Shown here: positions 46,149 through 56,261 of the stretch, one piece after another | Numbering within the stretch: the first letter of the stretch is position 1 | Layout: each line of letters starts with the position of its first letter | Source: Candidatus Latescibacterota bacterium | GTDB taxonomy: Bacteria > Latescibacterota > UBA2968 > UBA8231 | Assembly (NCBI GenBank): GCA_965197905.1 | Contig: CBDAOB010000004.1 | Location: 2,080,001-2,144,000 of the forward strand | Reading direction: 5' to 3' | DNA length: 64,000 nt | The notes under the pieces: model-generated | Database searches by the model: none | What the model saw: the letters and a program-made list of their open reading frames with translations, nothing else | What the model was told of the DNA's origin: nothing | Made by a program: the position numbers and the translations under genes

Positions 46149-47447
46149 ATGTTTCAGTACGCCCTACAACGCACCCTGCTAGCGATCCCCACGTTACTGG
46201 GAATCACCCTGATCTCCTTTCTCATCATGCACCTGGCTCCCGGAGATCCTGTCGATCTGTTTCTCGGCGGCGCTGCCGGGGGCGAGGGGATTTCGACGGA
46301 TCGCCAATCGGATTTCGCGAAGACGCGCAGAGACCTGCGACGCCAACTCGGCCTGGACAAACCGTTGCACGTCCAGTACCTCAGCTGGTTGTCAGGCTTG
46401 ATTCTAAGAATCGAGCGGTTGGACAACTATGACCGGATGGCGATCGCGGTCGATCAAACCCTCTCGAAACTGGATCAAATCCAGCTCAGCCAGCTGCAGG
46501 AGACAAAGGGGCAAGAGCGCAAAGGGAAGTTCCTCGCCTTTCACCGACAGCTATCCCGCGACGCCGATGTCTTGGTCCAGTCTTCCTTCTGGAAGGGCAA
46601 GAGCATCAAGGTGTCGGGAAACTACAGGTATGAAGGTGCAGGACTGGAACTCTGGCGCTCGTTCGGTTTCCGTTTCGTGACGCTGAATTTCGGACGTTCC
46701 TTCAAGGACCAGCAACCGGTCATCAAACGCATACTCGCAAGGTTGCCGGTGACCGTGGAAATCAACGTCCTGGCCATTTTGATCGCATACGTCATCGGCG
46801 TACCGCTGGGCATCTTGCTGGCACTCAAGCAGGACAGCCGAACCGATAGACTTTTGACGTCCGGTACCTTCGTATTGTGGTCGATGCCTTCGTTTTGGGT
46901 GGGCATGCTGCTGATAACCTTCTTCTGCAATAGGGAGTTTTTGTTCTGGTTTCCGGCGTCGGGCATCCAATCGCTGAACGCTACGGAGGAATGGGGCACC
47001 TGGCGTTTGTTCAAGGACCACGCCCACCATATGGTCTTGCCCGTCCTGGCGTCGTCGTACTCCAGCTTCGCGGTCATTTCGCGGTTCATGCGTACGAGCA
47101 TGCTGGAGAATCTCAGACTGGACTATGTGCGCACGGCGCAAGCCAAAGGGCTTGGTTACAATGTGGTGGTCCTGCGGCACGTTTTGCGCAACTCCTTGAT
47201 CCCCATTGTGACCCTGTTAGCTGGTCTGTTGCCCGGATTGTTTGCCGGTTCGGTGTTCATTGAGACGATTTTTACCGTTCCCGGGCTTGGTTTTCTTGGG
47301 TTTCAATCCGTGATTGTGCGCGATTACCCCGTCATCATGGCGATATTCACCATCAGCGCCGCCCTGTTCCTTTTGGGGATTCTCCTTGCCGACATTCTGT
47401 TGAAGGCGGTAGACCCCCGAATCGAATTCTCGAGAGTCGAAGGTTGA
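46149..47447 (+). CDS. Peptide ABC transporter permease (OppB/DppB)
   Basis: 'HLAPGDP', 'GLDKPLHVQY', EAA-like 'DYVRTAQAKGL', 'RDYPVI'. Confidence 0.92.
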   Translation: MFQYALQRTLLAIPTLLGITLISFLIMHLAPGDPVDLFLGGAAGGEGISTDRQSDFAKTRRDLRRQLGLDKPLHVQYLSWLSGLILRIERLDNYDRMAIAVDQTLSKLDQIQLSQLQETKGQERKGKFLAFHRQLSRDADVLVQSSFWKGKSIKVSGNYRYEGAGLELWRSFGFRFVTLNFGRSFKDQQPVIKRILARLPVTVEINVLAILIAYVIGVPLGILLALKQDSRTDRLLTSGTFVLWSMPSFWVGMLLITFFCNREFLFWFPASGIQSLNATEEWGTWRLFKDHAHHMVLPVLASSYSSFAVISRFMRTSMLENLRLDYVRTAQAKGLGYNVVVLRHVLRNSLIPIVTLLAGLLPGLFAGSVFIETIFTVPGLGFLGFQSVIVRDYPVIMAIFTISAALFLLGILLADILLKAVDPRIEFSRVEG

Positions 47448-47450
47448 GGC

Positions 47451-48506
47451 TTGCAAGCAGCTGAGAAGGGAGAGGAGGCACTTGAGCTCGAGGAGCGCGC
47501 GGGACAGTCCTACGCCCGCATTGTCTGGCTGCAGTTTCGTCGAAATCAGCCGGCGATCGCTGGGCTGGCCGCTGTGGGAATACTGGCCATCATCGCCGTT
47601 GCCGCCGACTTAATCGCGGGGAACAGACCCTACTACATGGAGTATCGCGGAAACACCTACTTTCCCGCATTTCGCCAATACGCTGTTCACCTTGGCCTCA
47701 TGGATTGGCCAAAGGAGCTTCGCCGGCGGAAAAACTTCAAACGGCTGAAGACCGATGTAGCCGTTTTCCCCCCCGTCCCGTACGCGGCGAGCGAGATAAA
47801 TCTTTCTCACAAGTACCAGCCGCCAAACGGCGAGCATTGGCTGGGTACCGACAGGTTGGGTCGGGATGTCCTGTCCAGCCTGGTTCACGGCACGCGGTAC
47901 GCCCTTACCATCGGGCTGGTCGCGGTGGGCATCTCGCTGATAATCGGTATTTCTCTGGGAGCGTTGGCGGGGTATTTTGGAGGTTGGCTCGATCTGTTCC
48001 TGTTATCTCGCATGTTTGAATTGTGGGCGGCCATACCATCGATCTTTTTGATCATCACTGCCGCGGCCTTCTTCCCGCCAAGCCTGTTCTTTGTGATGCT
48101 CATCATCGGCCTGACGGGTTGGGTGGGGATTGCCCGGCTTGCCCGCTCCCAATTTCTGCAGCTACGAAGCTACGACTACGTTGCAGCCGCCCGCAGCTTG
48201 GGCTGCTCGAGCAGGCGGATCATGTTCCGCCACATGCTGCCCAACGCCCTGGGACCGCTACTGGTGCCGACCGCATTTGGCGTGGCGGGGGCCATCTTGA
48301 TGGAGTCCGGCTTGAGCTTCCTGGGAATCGGTGTGCCGGCGGAGGCGATCACCTGGGGTTCGCTACTGGCTGGTGCCCGCAGCAACGCTTCGGCGTGGTG
48401 GTTGGTTGTTGTTCCAGGAACCGCCATTTTCATTACGGTTACCATGTACAACCTCCTGGGTGACGGATTGCGAGACGCATTGGATCCCAAAATGAAAGCG
48501 GGCTAG
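47451..48506 (+). CDS. Peptide ABC transporter permease (OppC/DppC)
   Basis: 'HWLGTDRLGRDV', 'YVAAARSLG', 'NLLGDGLRDALDPK'. Confidence 0.92.
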   Translation: MQAAEKGEEALELEERAGQSYARIVWLQFRRNQPAIAGLAAVGILAIIAVAADLIAGNRPYYMEYRGNTYFPAFRQYAVHLGLMDWPKELRRRKNFKRLKTDVAVFPPVPYAASEINLSHKYQPPNGEHWLGTDRLGRDVLSSLVHGTRYALTIGLVAVGISLIIGISLGALAGYFGGWLDLFLLSRMFELWAAIPSIFLIITAAAFFPPSLFFVMLIIGLTGWVGIARLARSQFLQLRSYDYVAAARSLGCSSRRIMFRHMLPNALGPLLVPTAFGVAGAILMESGLSFLGIGVPAEAITWGSLLAGARSNASAWWLVVVPGTAIFITVTMYNLLGDGLRDALDPKMKAG

Positions 48507-48524
48507 AGGCAGTCGCCGGTCAAA

Positions 48525-49632
48525 TCAGGTAGTCCCCTCGTTGCGCCACCAGCGTACCTCTGAGTCGTCGCCAAGAGCACTGACGATCACGTCGAGCAAG
48601 CCGTTTCCGGTCAAGTCTGCGACGATGACTTGATTGGCATTCCAGGTTTCTTTGAGCACTTGAACGCTCCACGGCCTCGCGGGTCCCCTTCGTGTTTGAA
48701 CAGGGACAGACCGAACCCTCTCTTGCCATAGGACGTGGCCAAGACTTCCTGTTCCCCGTCGTTATCGAGGTCAGCGGCAATCGCTTCGAAGGCTCCAGGA
48801 CACGAAGGGGAGATTGTATGTTTCTTCCAAGGACAACGTGTCGGCTCCCCCTCGTTTTCGTACCAAACGATCTGGTGATCCACTTCTGCTTTGTCTTCCA
48901 CTGACCGCATCCCCAGGGCCATGACGACATCCAGATGGCCATCACCGTCCATATCAACCGGATTGCCGTGGGTGGCACGGTATCGATGATGTGTTTGGAC
49001 CAGCCCGCGCTCGCCGAAGCGCCTGTATTCTCGTACCACACCACCTGATCGCCCATGAACGCGGTTCCCAATAGGTCGGGGAGCCCGTTGCCATTAAAAT
49101 CGGCTACGCGCATGGTGCGAGTTTCGCTCATCGATTCTTCTATGGCGCGTTGGGTCCAACCGTCAGGGCTTTGTTCAAACCAGGCGAATTGATTCCCCTT
49201 CCTCCAGCTGGATGCGGCCACATCCAGACGGCCGTCCCCGTTGAAGTCGGCCACCGCCACATCGTACGCCCCAGGCAAGGTGCCCTTCGCAATGTATTCG
49301 TGGTGCCAGGAAGCCGTGTCGCGCGGATCCCCTTCAAATCCGAACCACAGCAGGCTGCCGTTGATGTTGTCGACGCTGACAATCTCCGGGGATCCATCAC
49401 TGTTAATGTCGGCGATGGTGTGGCGTTCCAGCCACTCTTCCTTGCGCTCGTGAATAGTGTGGTTCGTGAAGGTTTCGCTGCCGTCATTTTCGAACCAGTA
49501 GAGCCCGACATCGGTGTCGCAGGCCACCAGGTCGGGCAGCCCGTTACCAGTAAGATCGACTGCTGATACGCCGTAGGCATACTCGAAGCCGCCTTTGAGC
49601 TGGAACTCCGTAAAACGGATGTGTTGATACAT
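48525..49632 (-). pseudogene. FG-GAP/VCBS-repeat beta-propeller protein, frameshifted twice (about 48980 and 48672)
   Basis: D-x-x-G-x-G-x-x-D repeats continue across three frames: ...SKHIID | HGNPVDMDGDGHLDVV...GDPRG | WSVQVLKETWNANQVIVADLTGNGLLDV...RWWRNEGTT*. May be an assembly error rather than a true pseudogene. Confidence 0.7.
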
Positions 49633-49781
49633 ATTCCTCTGCTCGCGTTAGTGCGATCTATCGTTCCTCTCAGTAGGAATGCTTTTGTGGCGTGACTGTC
49701 AAGGTATCACGGCCTTGCGGTGATCGGCAATACAGTTTTGTTAAAAACACTCGGCGCGACATCCTATAAGGAGAACTCCAA

Positions 49782-51317
49782 ATGAACGAACCGGCCCTGA
49801 TCCCTCAACCGTTCATAGACTGGTATGAGATCTGGGCAGGTCAAGCCGGCGTCAACGAGCACGGCGAGACCGGGCTCAAGGACCCGCCAACGGGCGTCCA
49901 ACTATCAGTGCAGCCGGCGCGCCGCTCAGAGATATTCTTCCGCTCCGAAAAACCATGGGAACAGGTACGGATGGTGTATCCTTGCGTAATCCACGACGAA
50001 GGCCGTTACCGAATGTGGTTCTGGACCTGGGGAGAAGGGGAAAACAGAGCGCGCTACAACGGCTACGCGGAAAGCGCGAACGGATTCGATTGGGAGAGAC
50101 CCGAGTTAGGATTGGCGTCGTACGAGGGGTCCACATCCAACAACCTGCTCTCTAGGCACGAAGAATTCGAAATAAACACCGTATTCCTGGATCCAACGAG
50201 TGGTTCCTCGGAACGCTTCAAAGCGATTGGAACCCGAACGTTGTTCTTTCGCAACGGAGAGCCTGAACCGGAGATGGACTGGGACAGGTTCAACGAGCTT
50301 CGAACTCAGACGGGATATCAGGGCGATCCGACGGTAAACGCAATGAACCTGGTGGCTGAGAAGTTCGGAGTAACGCGGGAAAACGCAGTTATGGGCGCAG
50401 TATCGGCCGACGGTTTGCGCTGGAGCGTGCTGCCGGAACCCTTGGTGAATGTGGGGAACAGCGTGTTGGATACGCAGAATGTGGCGGCTTACGAGCCTGA
50501 AAGTGGCGAGTATGTCGCCTACCTGAGAGGCATGTACCACAACGAGGGGAAGTTTGGGTACGGCGGTCGACGGGCGGTGCGCAAGGTATCGGGAAGGGAG
50601 TTTGGCAACTGGGGCCCGCCGCGTTACGTGTTGGTAGCCGACCCACAGGACCATGTTTCTGACGACATCTACACCTCCTGCTATTGTCACTATCCCGACG
50701 TGCCCGGACTCCACCTCATGTTCCCTTCGATTTACCACCGGCTCGATTCCGAACAGGACGTACAACTGGCGGTGAGTCGCGATGGTTGGCACTGGGTCCG
50801 ACCCGAGCGCAAGCCGATCATAACCCTGGAGAGCGACACCGGCCGCTACGGCAGAATTCGCTCAGGTCCCAACCTCGTGGCGCTCAGCGACGAGGAGTGG
50901 GGTCTGCCCTACGACTGCCGCTACAGCCGACACGACCACGGTCCGGCTCAACTGCCTGAGGGCGAGTTTCGCTGGGCGTTATGGAAGAGGGATCGACTGG
51001 TAGCTCTGGAGGCGCCGGTGGAAGGAAGGGTTACGACGATTGCTCGCATCTGCCACGGCCGCGAGCTGCACCTCAACTTTCAGACGAGAAGGGCGGGTTG
51101 GATTCGGGCGGAAATCGTTACGCCGCCCACCGAGCCCAACAAAACGATCCGTGCGCTGGACGGGTTTACCCTGGAAGACTGCGATCCGCTGGCGGGAGAC
51201 GAGATGGATCGAGTGGTTACCTGGAAGGGGCAGGCAGACCTCTCCTCGCTGGAGGGGAAACAGGTGGCCATTCGACTGCAACTGGCCCGCGCCAAGCTTT
51301 TCTCAACGGCTATGTAG
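49782..51317 (+). CDS. Hypothetical protein with five-bladed beta-propeller (GH32/43/130-like) fold
   Basis: Asp-box-like repeats 'AESANGFDWERP', 'SADGLRW', 'SRDGWHW'; C-terminal sandwich 'DLSSLEGKQVAIRLQL'; AAGGAG RBS. Confidence 0.65.
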   Translation: MNEPALIPQPFIDWYEIWAGQAGVNEHGETGLKDPPTGVQLSVQPARRSEIFFRSEKPWEQVRMVYPCVIHDEGRYRMWFWTWGEGENRARYNGYAESANGFDWERPELGLASYEGSTSNNLLSRHEEFEINTVFLDPTSGSSERFKAIGTRTLFFRNGEPEPEMDWDRFNELRTQTGYQGDPTVNAMNLVAEKFGVTRENAVMGAVSADGLRWSVLPEPLVNVGNSVLDTQNVAAYEPESGEYVAYLRGMYHNEGKFGYGGRRAVRKVSGREFGNWGPPRYVLVADPQDHVSDDIYTSCYCHYPDVPGLHLMFPSIYHRLDSEQDVQLAVSRDGWHWVRPERKPIITLESDTGRYGRIRSGPNLVALSDEEWGLPYDCRYSRHDHGPAQLPEGEFRWALWKRDRLVALEAPVEGRVTTIARICHGRELHLNFQTRRAGWIRAEIVTPPTEPNKTIRALDGFTLEDCDPLAGDEMDRVVTWKGQADLSSLEGKQVAIRLQLARAKLFSTAM

Positions 51318-51346
51318 GGGGTGCGCCAGGGACCGAAGGGAGAATG

Positions 51347-52642
51347 TCAACGTTGGAGGAAATCCGGGATCTTTTCGTTGGCGGTGATCTGCTCCAGCGT
51401 CTGCCGTTGTCGTATAGGGTGGAAGGTCCCATTGTTGGCGATCAGAACCTCTGAGGCTTCGGGGAAGGAATTATAGTTTTTGGCAGACTGGCCCGCGCAG
51501 TAGGCTCCAGTGGCACCGATGACCAGAATATCTCCAATATGGGTGGTGGGAAGTTGCCGTGGGCGCAATCCTTCGGGGTTGTTCGGCTCGGGGGTTAACA
51601 CGTCCCCGCTCTCGCAGCAGTGTCCAGCGATAATGTAATCGAGATTCTCCGCACTTGGCGCGGACGCGTCAGGAAAGACGTGAACCGGGTGCTGCGCGCC
51701 GTACATGCTGGGTCGCAACACCTCGGTCATTCCCGCATCGACCTTGATAAAGTTGTAGCCGTTCGGTCCCGTGTCCACGACGTCGATAACCGAACACACG
51801 AGTACGCCGGCGTTGGCGACGAAGAAGGTTCCGGGTTCGATCTCCAGCGTGAGTTTGCGACCGTGGGAGTCGTAGAAGCGCTCGAACTCCTTGACGATTT
51901 GGTGTCCGGCGGCATTTAGATCGGTTGCCTCTTCATCAGGCATCCGTGCCACCTTATAGCCCCCGCCCAGGTTTACGGAAACCACATCGGGAAGTCGCGC
52001 GGCGATACCCAAGGTCAATCTGGCACAATGTTGCCAGACTGACGGGTCACTGCCCGACCCTATGTGGGAATGCAGGCGATCGACCGTGAGCCGATATTCG
52101 GTCGCCATCTCAAGAACCTGATCCAGGTATTCATGCCAGATTCCGAAACTGGAGGAAGGTCCCCCAACGTTGGTGCGATTGCTGTGCCCCGATCCCAGGC
52201 CTGGGTTTATCCGTACAGACAAGTGCCCCCCTTCGGAGCGGTGGCCGAATTCTCGAAGTTGATTCAAGGAACAGGCGTTGAAGAGCACGCCCTCTTTCAT
52301 CAATTCCTCCAGATCGTCCGGAAGTTGCTGCGCGGTAAGTTGAATCTGGTGGCCGGGAATGCCCGCGGCCAGAGCCCGGTGAACTTCAAACCCACTGCTG
52401 GCATCGATGTGCAAACCGAGCCGATTGAAGATGCTCAGCAGTGCCGCGTTTGGGCAGGCCTTCATGGCGTAGCGCGCCGTCAAGCCGTACGGATTCGGGA
52501 ACGCCAGGACGGCGCGCGCGCGGCGCTCCAGCTCCGCCTGGTCGTAGACAAACGTGGGGGTGCCGAAATCCCGTCGGATATCGCCGGCCTGAGCATGGTT
52601 GAGCAAGCATCCTGGACTCATGTAATGGTCTCTATGTTGCAA
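51347..52642 (-). CDS. lysA: Diaminopimelate decarboxylase
   Basis: 'YAMKA' PLP lysine, 'HSHIGSG', 'NLGGG', 'EPG', 'CESGD', 'GAY'. Confidence 0.9.
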   Translation of the reverse strand: MQHRDHYMSPGCLLNHAQAGDIRRDFGTPTFVYDQAELERRARAVLAFPNPYGLTARYAMKACPNAALLSIFNRLGLHIDASSGFEVHRALAAGIPGHQIQLTAQQLPDDLEELMKEGVLFNACSLNQLREFGHRSEGGHLSVRINPGLGSGHSNRTNVGGPSSSFGIWHEYLDQVLEMATEYRLTVDRLHSHIGSGSDPSVWQHCARLTLGIAARLPDVVSVNLGGGYKVARMPDEEATDLNAAGHQIVKEFERFYDSHGRKLTLEIEPGTFFVANAGVLVCSVIDVVDTGPNGYNFIKVDAGMTEVLRPSMYGAQHPVHVFPDASAPSAENLDYIIAGHCCESGDVLTPEPNNPEGLRPRQLPTTHIGDILVIGATGAYCAGQSAKNYNSFPEASEVLIANNGTFHPIRQRQTLEQITANEKIPDFLQR

Positions 52643-52721
52643 TATTTATTGGAAGTAAGTAGGTTTTCCAACTAAGTATCCAACTCCCGATTAACGGTGT
52701 CAAGGCGCCGAAAAAAAGGGC

Positions 52722-54545
52722 ATGCCCACCTACATTCTCGGTCTTTCCGCCTTCTATCACGACAGCGCCGCCTGCCTTATTCGCGACGGCGAAATCATCG
52801 CCGCTGCTCAGGAAGAGCGTTTCACCCGCATCAAGCACGACCCCGGTTTTCCGCTCCACGCAGCACGCTACTGTCTTGCTGAAGCGGGCATCGCGGCCAA
52901 GGATTTGCGCTGCATCGGATTCTACGACAAACCGCTCCTGACTTTCGAGCGGCTGTTGGAGACGCATCTGGCGACCGCCCCCAAAGGCATTCGGCTTTTC
53001 TGGAAGAGCATGGCTGTATGGCTGAAGAAGAAGCTATGGATTCCCCAACTGATCCAACGCGAGCTAGAATTCGACGGCCCGGTCCTTTTCGGTGACCACC
53101 ACGAGTCACACGCCGCGAGCGCATTCTACCCTTCGCCCTTTGCGGAGGCGGCGATCATCACCCTCGATGGGGTCGGCGAATGGACCACCACCAGCTACGG
53201 ATACGGCAGAGGGGCGGATATCCACACCCTGGCCGATATCAAGTTTCCCCACTCTCTCGGTTTACTCTACACCGCCATCACCTACTTCACCGGTTTCAAA
53301 CCCAATTCCGGGGAGTACAAGCTGATGGGGTTGGCGCCGTACGGCCAGCCCCGATACGTAGATCGCATTATGGAGAACGTGATCGATCTCAAGGAAGACG
53401 GATCGTTCAAGCTGGACATGCGCTATTTCAACTACCTCGCCGGCCTCACCATGACCAATCAGCGGATGGCGGAGCTGTTCGACGGTCCGCCACGAAAGCC
53501 CGAATCGCCTCTTACGCAGCGGGAAATGGATCTGGCGCGATCGTGCCAGCAGGTCACTGAAGAGGTGATGCTGCGCATCGCGAGAACTGTCCACCGCGAA
53601 ACCGAGATGAAACATTTGTGCCTGGCCGGTGGGGTGGCGCTGAACTGTGTCGGCAATGGTCGCATTTTGCGGGAAGGGCCTTTCGAAAAGATCTGGATCC
53701 AACCGGCAGCAGGCGATGCAGGGGGGGCGTTGGGTGTGGCTCTCTCGCTGTGGTATCGATATTGCGAGAATGACCGCAGAGTCCCTGGCGCCGGCGATGG
53801 CATGGGGGCGTCGTTATTGGGTCCTTCCTTCGATGACGAGCAGATCCGGGAGTTCCTCGAACTGAATGTGGCTCCCGGAGAATTCATGAGTCGGGAGCAG
53901 TTGCCGGTACGAGTCGCCGAGCTGCTCAACGATGAAAAGGTGGTCGGTTGGTTCAGCGGCCGCATGGAATTCGGTCCGCGGGCATTGGGCGCCCGCAGCA
54001 TCATTGGTGATCCACGATCGCCCAAGATGCAATCGGTGATGAATCTTAAAATTAAGTTTCGCGAGAGCTTTCGTCCGTTCGCGCCGTCGGTATTGCGGGA
54101 CCGGGTGCAAGATTTCTTCGAAATAGACGCCGACTCACCGTATATGCTTCTCGTCGCACCGGTAAAGGAAGATCGGCAGATACGGATGACCGCGGACGAG
54201 GAGAGCTTGTTCGGAATAGACAAGCTGAATATCCCACGTTCGGACGTTCCGGCGGTCACGCACGTCGACTATTCAGCGCGCATTCAGACGGTCCGGAGAG
54301 AAGAGAATCCACCGTATTACGACTTGATCCAGGCTTTCAACAGCATTTCCGGATGCCCGCTGATCGTCAATACGTCGTTTAACGTGCGCGGCGAGCCGAT
54401 CGTCTGCACTCCGGAGGATGCGTACCGCTGTTTTATGCGTACGGAAATGGATTACCTGGTTTTGGGGAACTACCTGCTCGACAAGAGATCTCAGCCTAAC
54501 TGGAGCGAGAAGGAAGACTGGCGTGAAGAGTTCGAATTGGACTGA
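52722..54545 (+). CDS. O-carbamoyltransferase (NodU/CmcH/TobZ family)
   Basis: 'YHDSAA', 'HHESHA', 'EYKLMGLAPYG', 'EFGPRALG', 'NTSFN'. Confidence 0.93.
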   Translation: MPTYILGLSAFYHDSAACLIRDGEIIAAAQEERFTRIKHDPGFPLHAARYCLAEAGIAAKDLRCIGFYDKPLLTFERLLETHLATAPKGIRLFWKSMAVWLKKKLWIPQLIQRELEFDGPVLFGDHHESHAASAFYPSPFAEAAIITLDGVGEWTTTSYGYGRGADIHTLADIKFPHSLGLLYTAITYFTGFKPNSGEYKLMGLAPYGQPRYVDRIMENVIDLKEDGSFKLDMRYFNYLAGLTMTNQRMAELFDGPPRKPESPLTQREMDLARSCQQVTEEVMLRIARTVHRETEMKHLCLAGGVALNCVGNGRILREGPFEKIWIQPAAGDAGGALGVALSLWYRYCENDRRVPGAGDGMGASLLGPSFDDEQIREFLELNVAPGEFMSREQLPVRVAELLNDEKVVGWFSGRMEFGPRALGARSIIGDPRSPKMQSVMNLKIKFRESFRPFAPSVLRDRVQDFFEIDADSPYMLLVAPVKEDRQIRMTADEESLFGIDKLNIPRSDVPAVTHVDYSARIQTVRREENPPYYDLIQAFNSISGCPLIVNTSFNVRGEPIVCTPEDAYRCFMRTEMDYLVLGNYLLDKRSQPNWSEKEDWREEFELD

Positions 54546-54580
54546 ACCTTGCGGGTTGAGGTGTTGATGGACTGGGGAGT

Positions 54581-55006
54581 ATGATCGACAAGAGCGGATT
54601 CTGGCGCATACCTTCGGCATCCAGGTCTGAGCTGCGCACATTCGGACTCGTCATGGCCCTCGCCGCCGCGGCGATCGCACTGCTTCTGTGGTACCACGGG
54701 TCCGTCGACACCGCACAAGGCGTGGGTCTGGCGGCAGCGGCATTCATCGGACTCGCCCTCGGCATTCCGTCGATTCTGCGACCGCTGTATACCGTCTGGA
54801 TGTTGCTTGCCCGGGTACTAGGATTCATAAATACGCACATACTGTTGGGACTGGTTTTCTACACCATTTTCACCGCAATCGGGCTGGCCATGCGCTTGAT
54901 CCGGCACGATCCGCTGGATCGCAAACTCGACGCGGATGAAAAGAGCTACTGGTCTCGGCGCGAGCCTTCTCAGTTGCCGCGAAAGCACTTCGAGCGGCAG
55001 TTCTGA
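54581..55006 (+). CDS. SxtJ-family membrane protein
   Basis: 'LRTFG', 'LRPLY..W', 'DPL.RK...SYW', C-terminal 'RQF'; usual partner of this carbamoyltransferase subfamily. Confidence 0.8.
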   Translation: MIDKSGFWRIPSASRSELRTFGLVMALAAAAIALLLWYHGSVDTAQGVGLAAAAFIGLALGIPSILRPLYTVWMLLARVLGFINTHILLGLVFYTIFTAIGLAMRLIRHDPLDRKLDADEKSYWSRREPSQLPRKHFERQF

Positions 55007-55031
55007 CGGCTCATTGAGCCGGCTGGCCATC

Positions 55032-55060
55032 TTGATATTATCTATTGCCACAGCTATATT
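55032..55060 (+). promoter_or_regulatory. Putative promoter of tadA-tRNA-Ser unit
   Basis: TTGATA-17 bp-TATATT. Confidence 0.6.
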
Positions 55061-55120
55061 TACCCGCTTTGGGAGAAGGCTCTGAGGCACCCAGAAACAG
55101 CTTCCGCTCAGCGGTCTGAG

Positions 55121-55585
55121 GTGGCCGCCGCAGATCGCCGCTGGATCGAGTTGGCATTGGAGGAAGCACGCCTCGCCGCCACCAACGGTGAAGTTCCAGT
55201 TGGGGCTCTCGTCGTTCGAGAAAACAAGGTCGTCGGGCGCGGGGCCAATGCCACGGAACGTGAGCAAGACCCGACTGCCCATGCCGAGATCCTGGCTATC
55301 AGGCAGGCCGCCGAATACCTTGGGACAAGGCGCCTGAACGACACGACCTTATACGTTTCTCTGGAACCCTGTTCCATGTGTGCAGGAGCTATCGTGCTCG
55401 CTCGTATCCCGTTACTCGTCTTCGGAGCCCACGATCCCAAGGCGGGCGCCTGCGGGTCGTTGCGGGACGTGGTCCGCGATACTCGTCTCAATCACCAATG
55501 CGAGGTACGAGGCGGAGTGATGGAACCCGAGTGCGGCGGTTTATTGAAGGAATTCTTTGCGGACATCAGGTCGTCGACAGCCTGA
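55121..55585 (+). CDS. tadA: tRNA adenosine(34) deaminase
   Basis: 'GEVPVGA', 'HAE', 'EPCSMCAGA', 'DPKAGA'. Confidence 0.95.
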   Translation: MAAADRRWIELALEEARLAATNGEVPVGALVVRENKVVGRGANATEREQDPTAHAEILAIRQAAEYLGTRRLNDTTLYVSLEPCSMCAGAIVLARIPLLVFGAHDPKAGACGSLRDVVRDTRLNHQCEVRGGVMEPECGGLLKEFFADIRSSTA

Positions 55586-55596
55586 CAGCAGGTTTG

Positions 55597-55687
<91 letters not shown>

Positions 55688-55706
55688 TCACGAACGATGC
55701 AAATCG

Positions 55707-55797
55707 GGAGAGATGACCGAGTGGTCGAAGGTGCACGACTGGAAATCGTGTGTAGCGCGAACCGCTACCGTGGGTTCGAATCCCACTCTCTCCGCCA
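55707..55797 (+). tRNA. tRNA-Ser(GGA)
   Basis: Long variable arm, anticodon loop CT-GGA-AA, CCA. Confidence 0.96.
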
Positions 55798-55947
55798 TAT
55801 ATATTCTGTAACCCCTTTATAAACAAAATATTATGTAAGATAAGAAAACTCTATCCCCTCATTTTTACCTCCATTCTTTAACGGAATGAACGGGACCATA
55901 CTGGACTTTCCGCGGTTCCGGCTGCCACCTCGGAGGCCTGGTTCCCT

Positions 55948-56261
55948 TGAGAGCCGGTCGATGTTGTCCCGGAGAGCGTCGATCAGACCGTGGAGACGCG
56001 GGGGGCGAAGAAGATGCCCGTGAAGTGGTCCCGGACGAAGGTGTCCGCCTGGGGGTTGTCGGCACGTAGCGCCTCCCGGTCTTCGTCACTGAGGCGGACG
56101 GTGCGGTTTTCGATGGTGGCCCGGACCGCGTGGTGGCAGTAACGCAGCCGGTCGTTGGCCACGACCGCGATCCCCTTGCTCTCGTACATGTAGGCCACGA
56201 CCGCCGGAGAAAACGTATAGGCCGACGACACCCCACCCGGGGTGTGCTTCCAGATCCAGCG
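55948..56261 (-). pseudogene. Decayed fragment of a phage/MGE-type DNA adenine methyltransferase (D12-like N-terminus)
   Basis: 'WIWKHTP.GVSSAYTFSPAVVAYMYESKGIAVVANDRLRYCHH...IEN' has a damaged motif I and 'ND' motif II. It continues in another frame (HGLIDALRDNIDRLS). No start codon and no DPPY half. Confidence 0.6.

Noticed and set aside
52722..55006. Saxitoxin biosynthesis cluster
   Set aside because: Only sxtI/sxtJ-like homologs, which are widespread; no sxtA, sxtG or other core genes.
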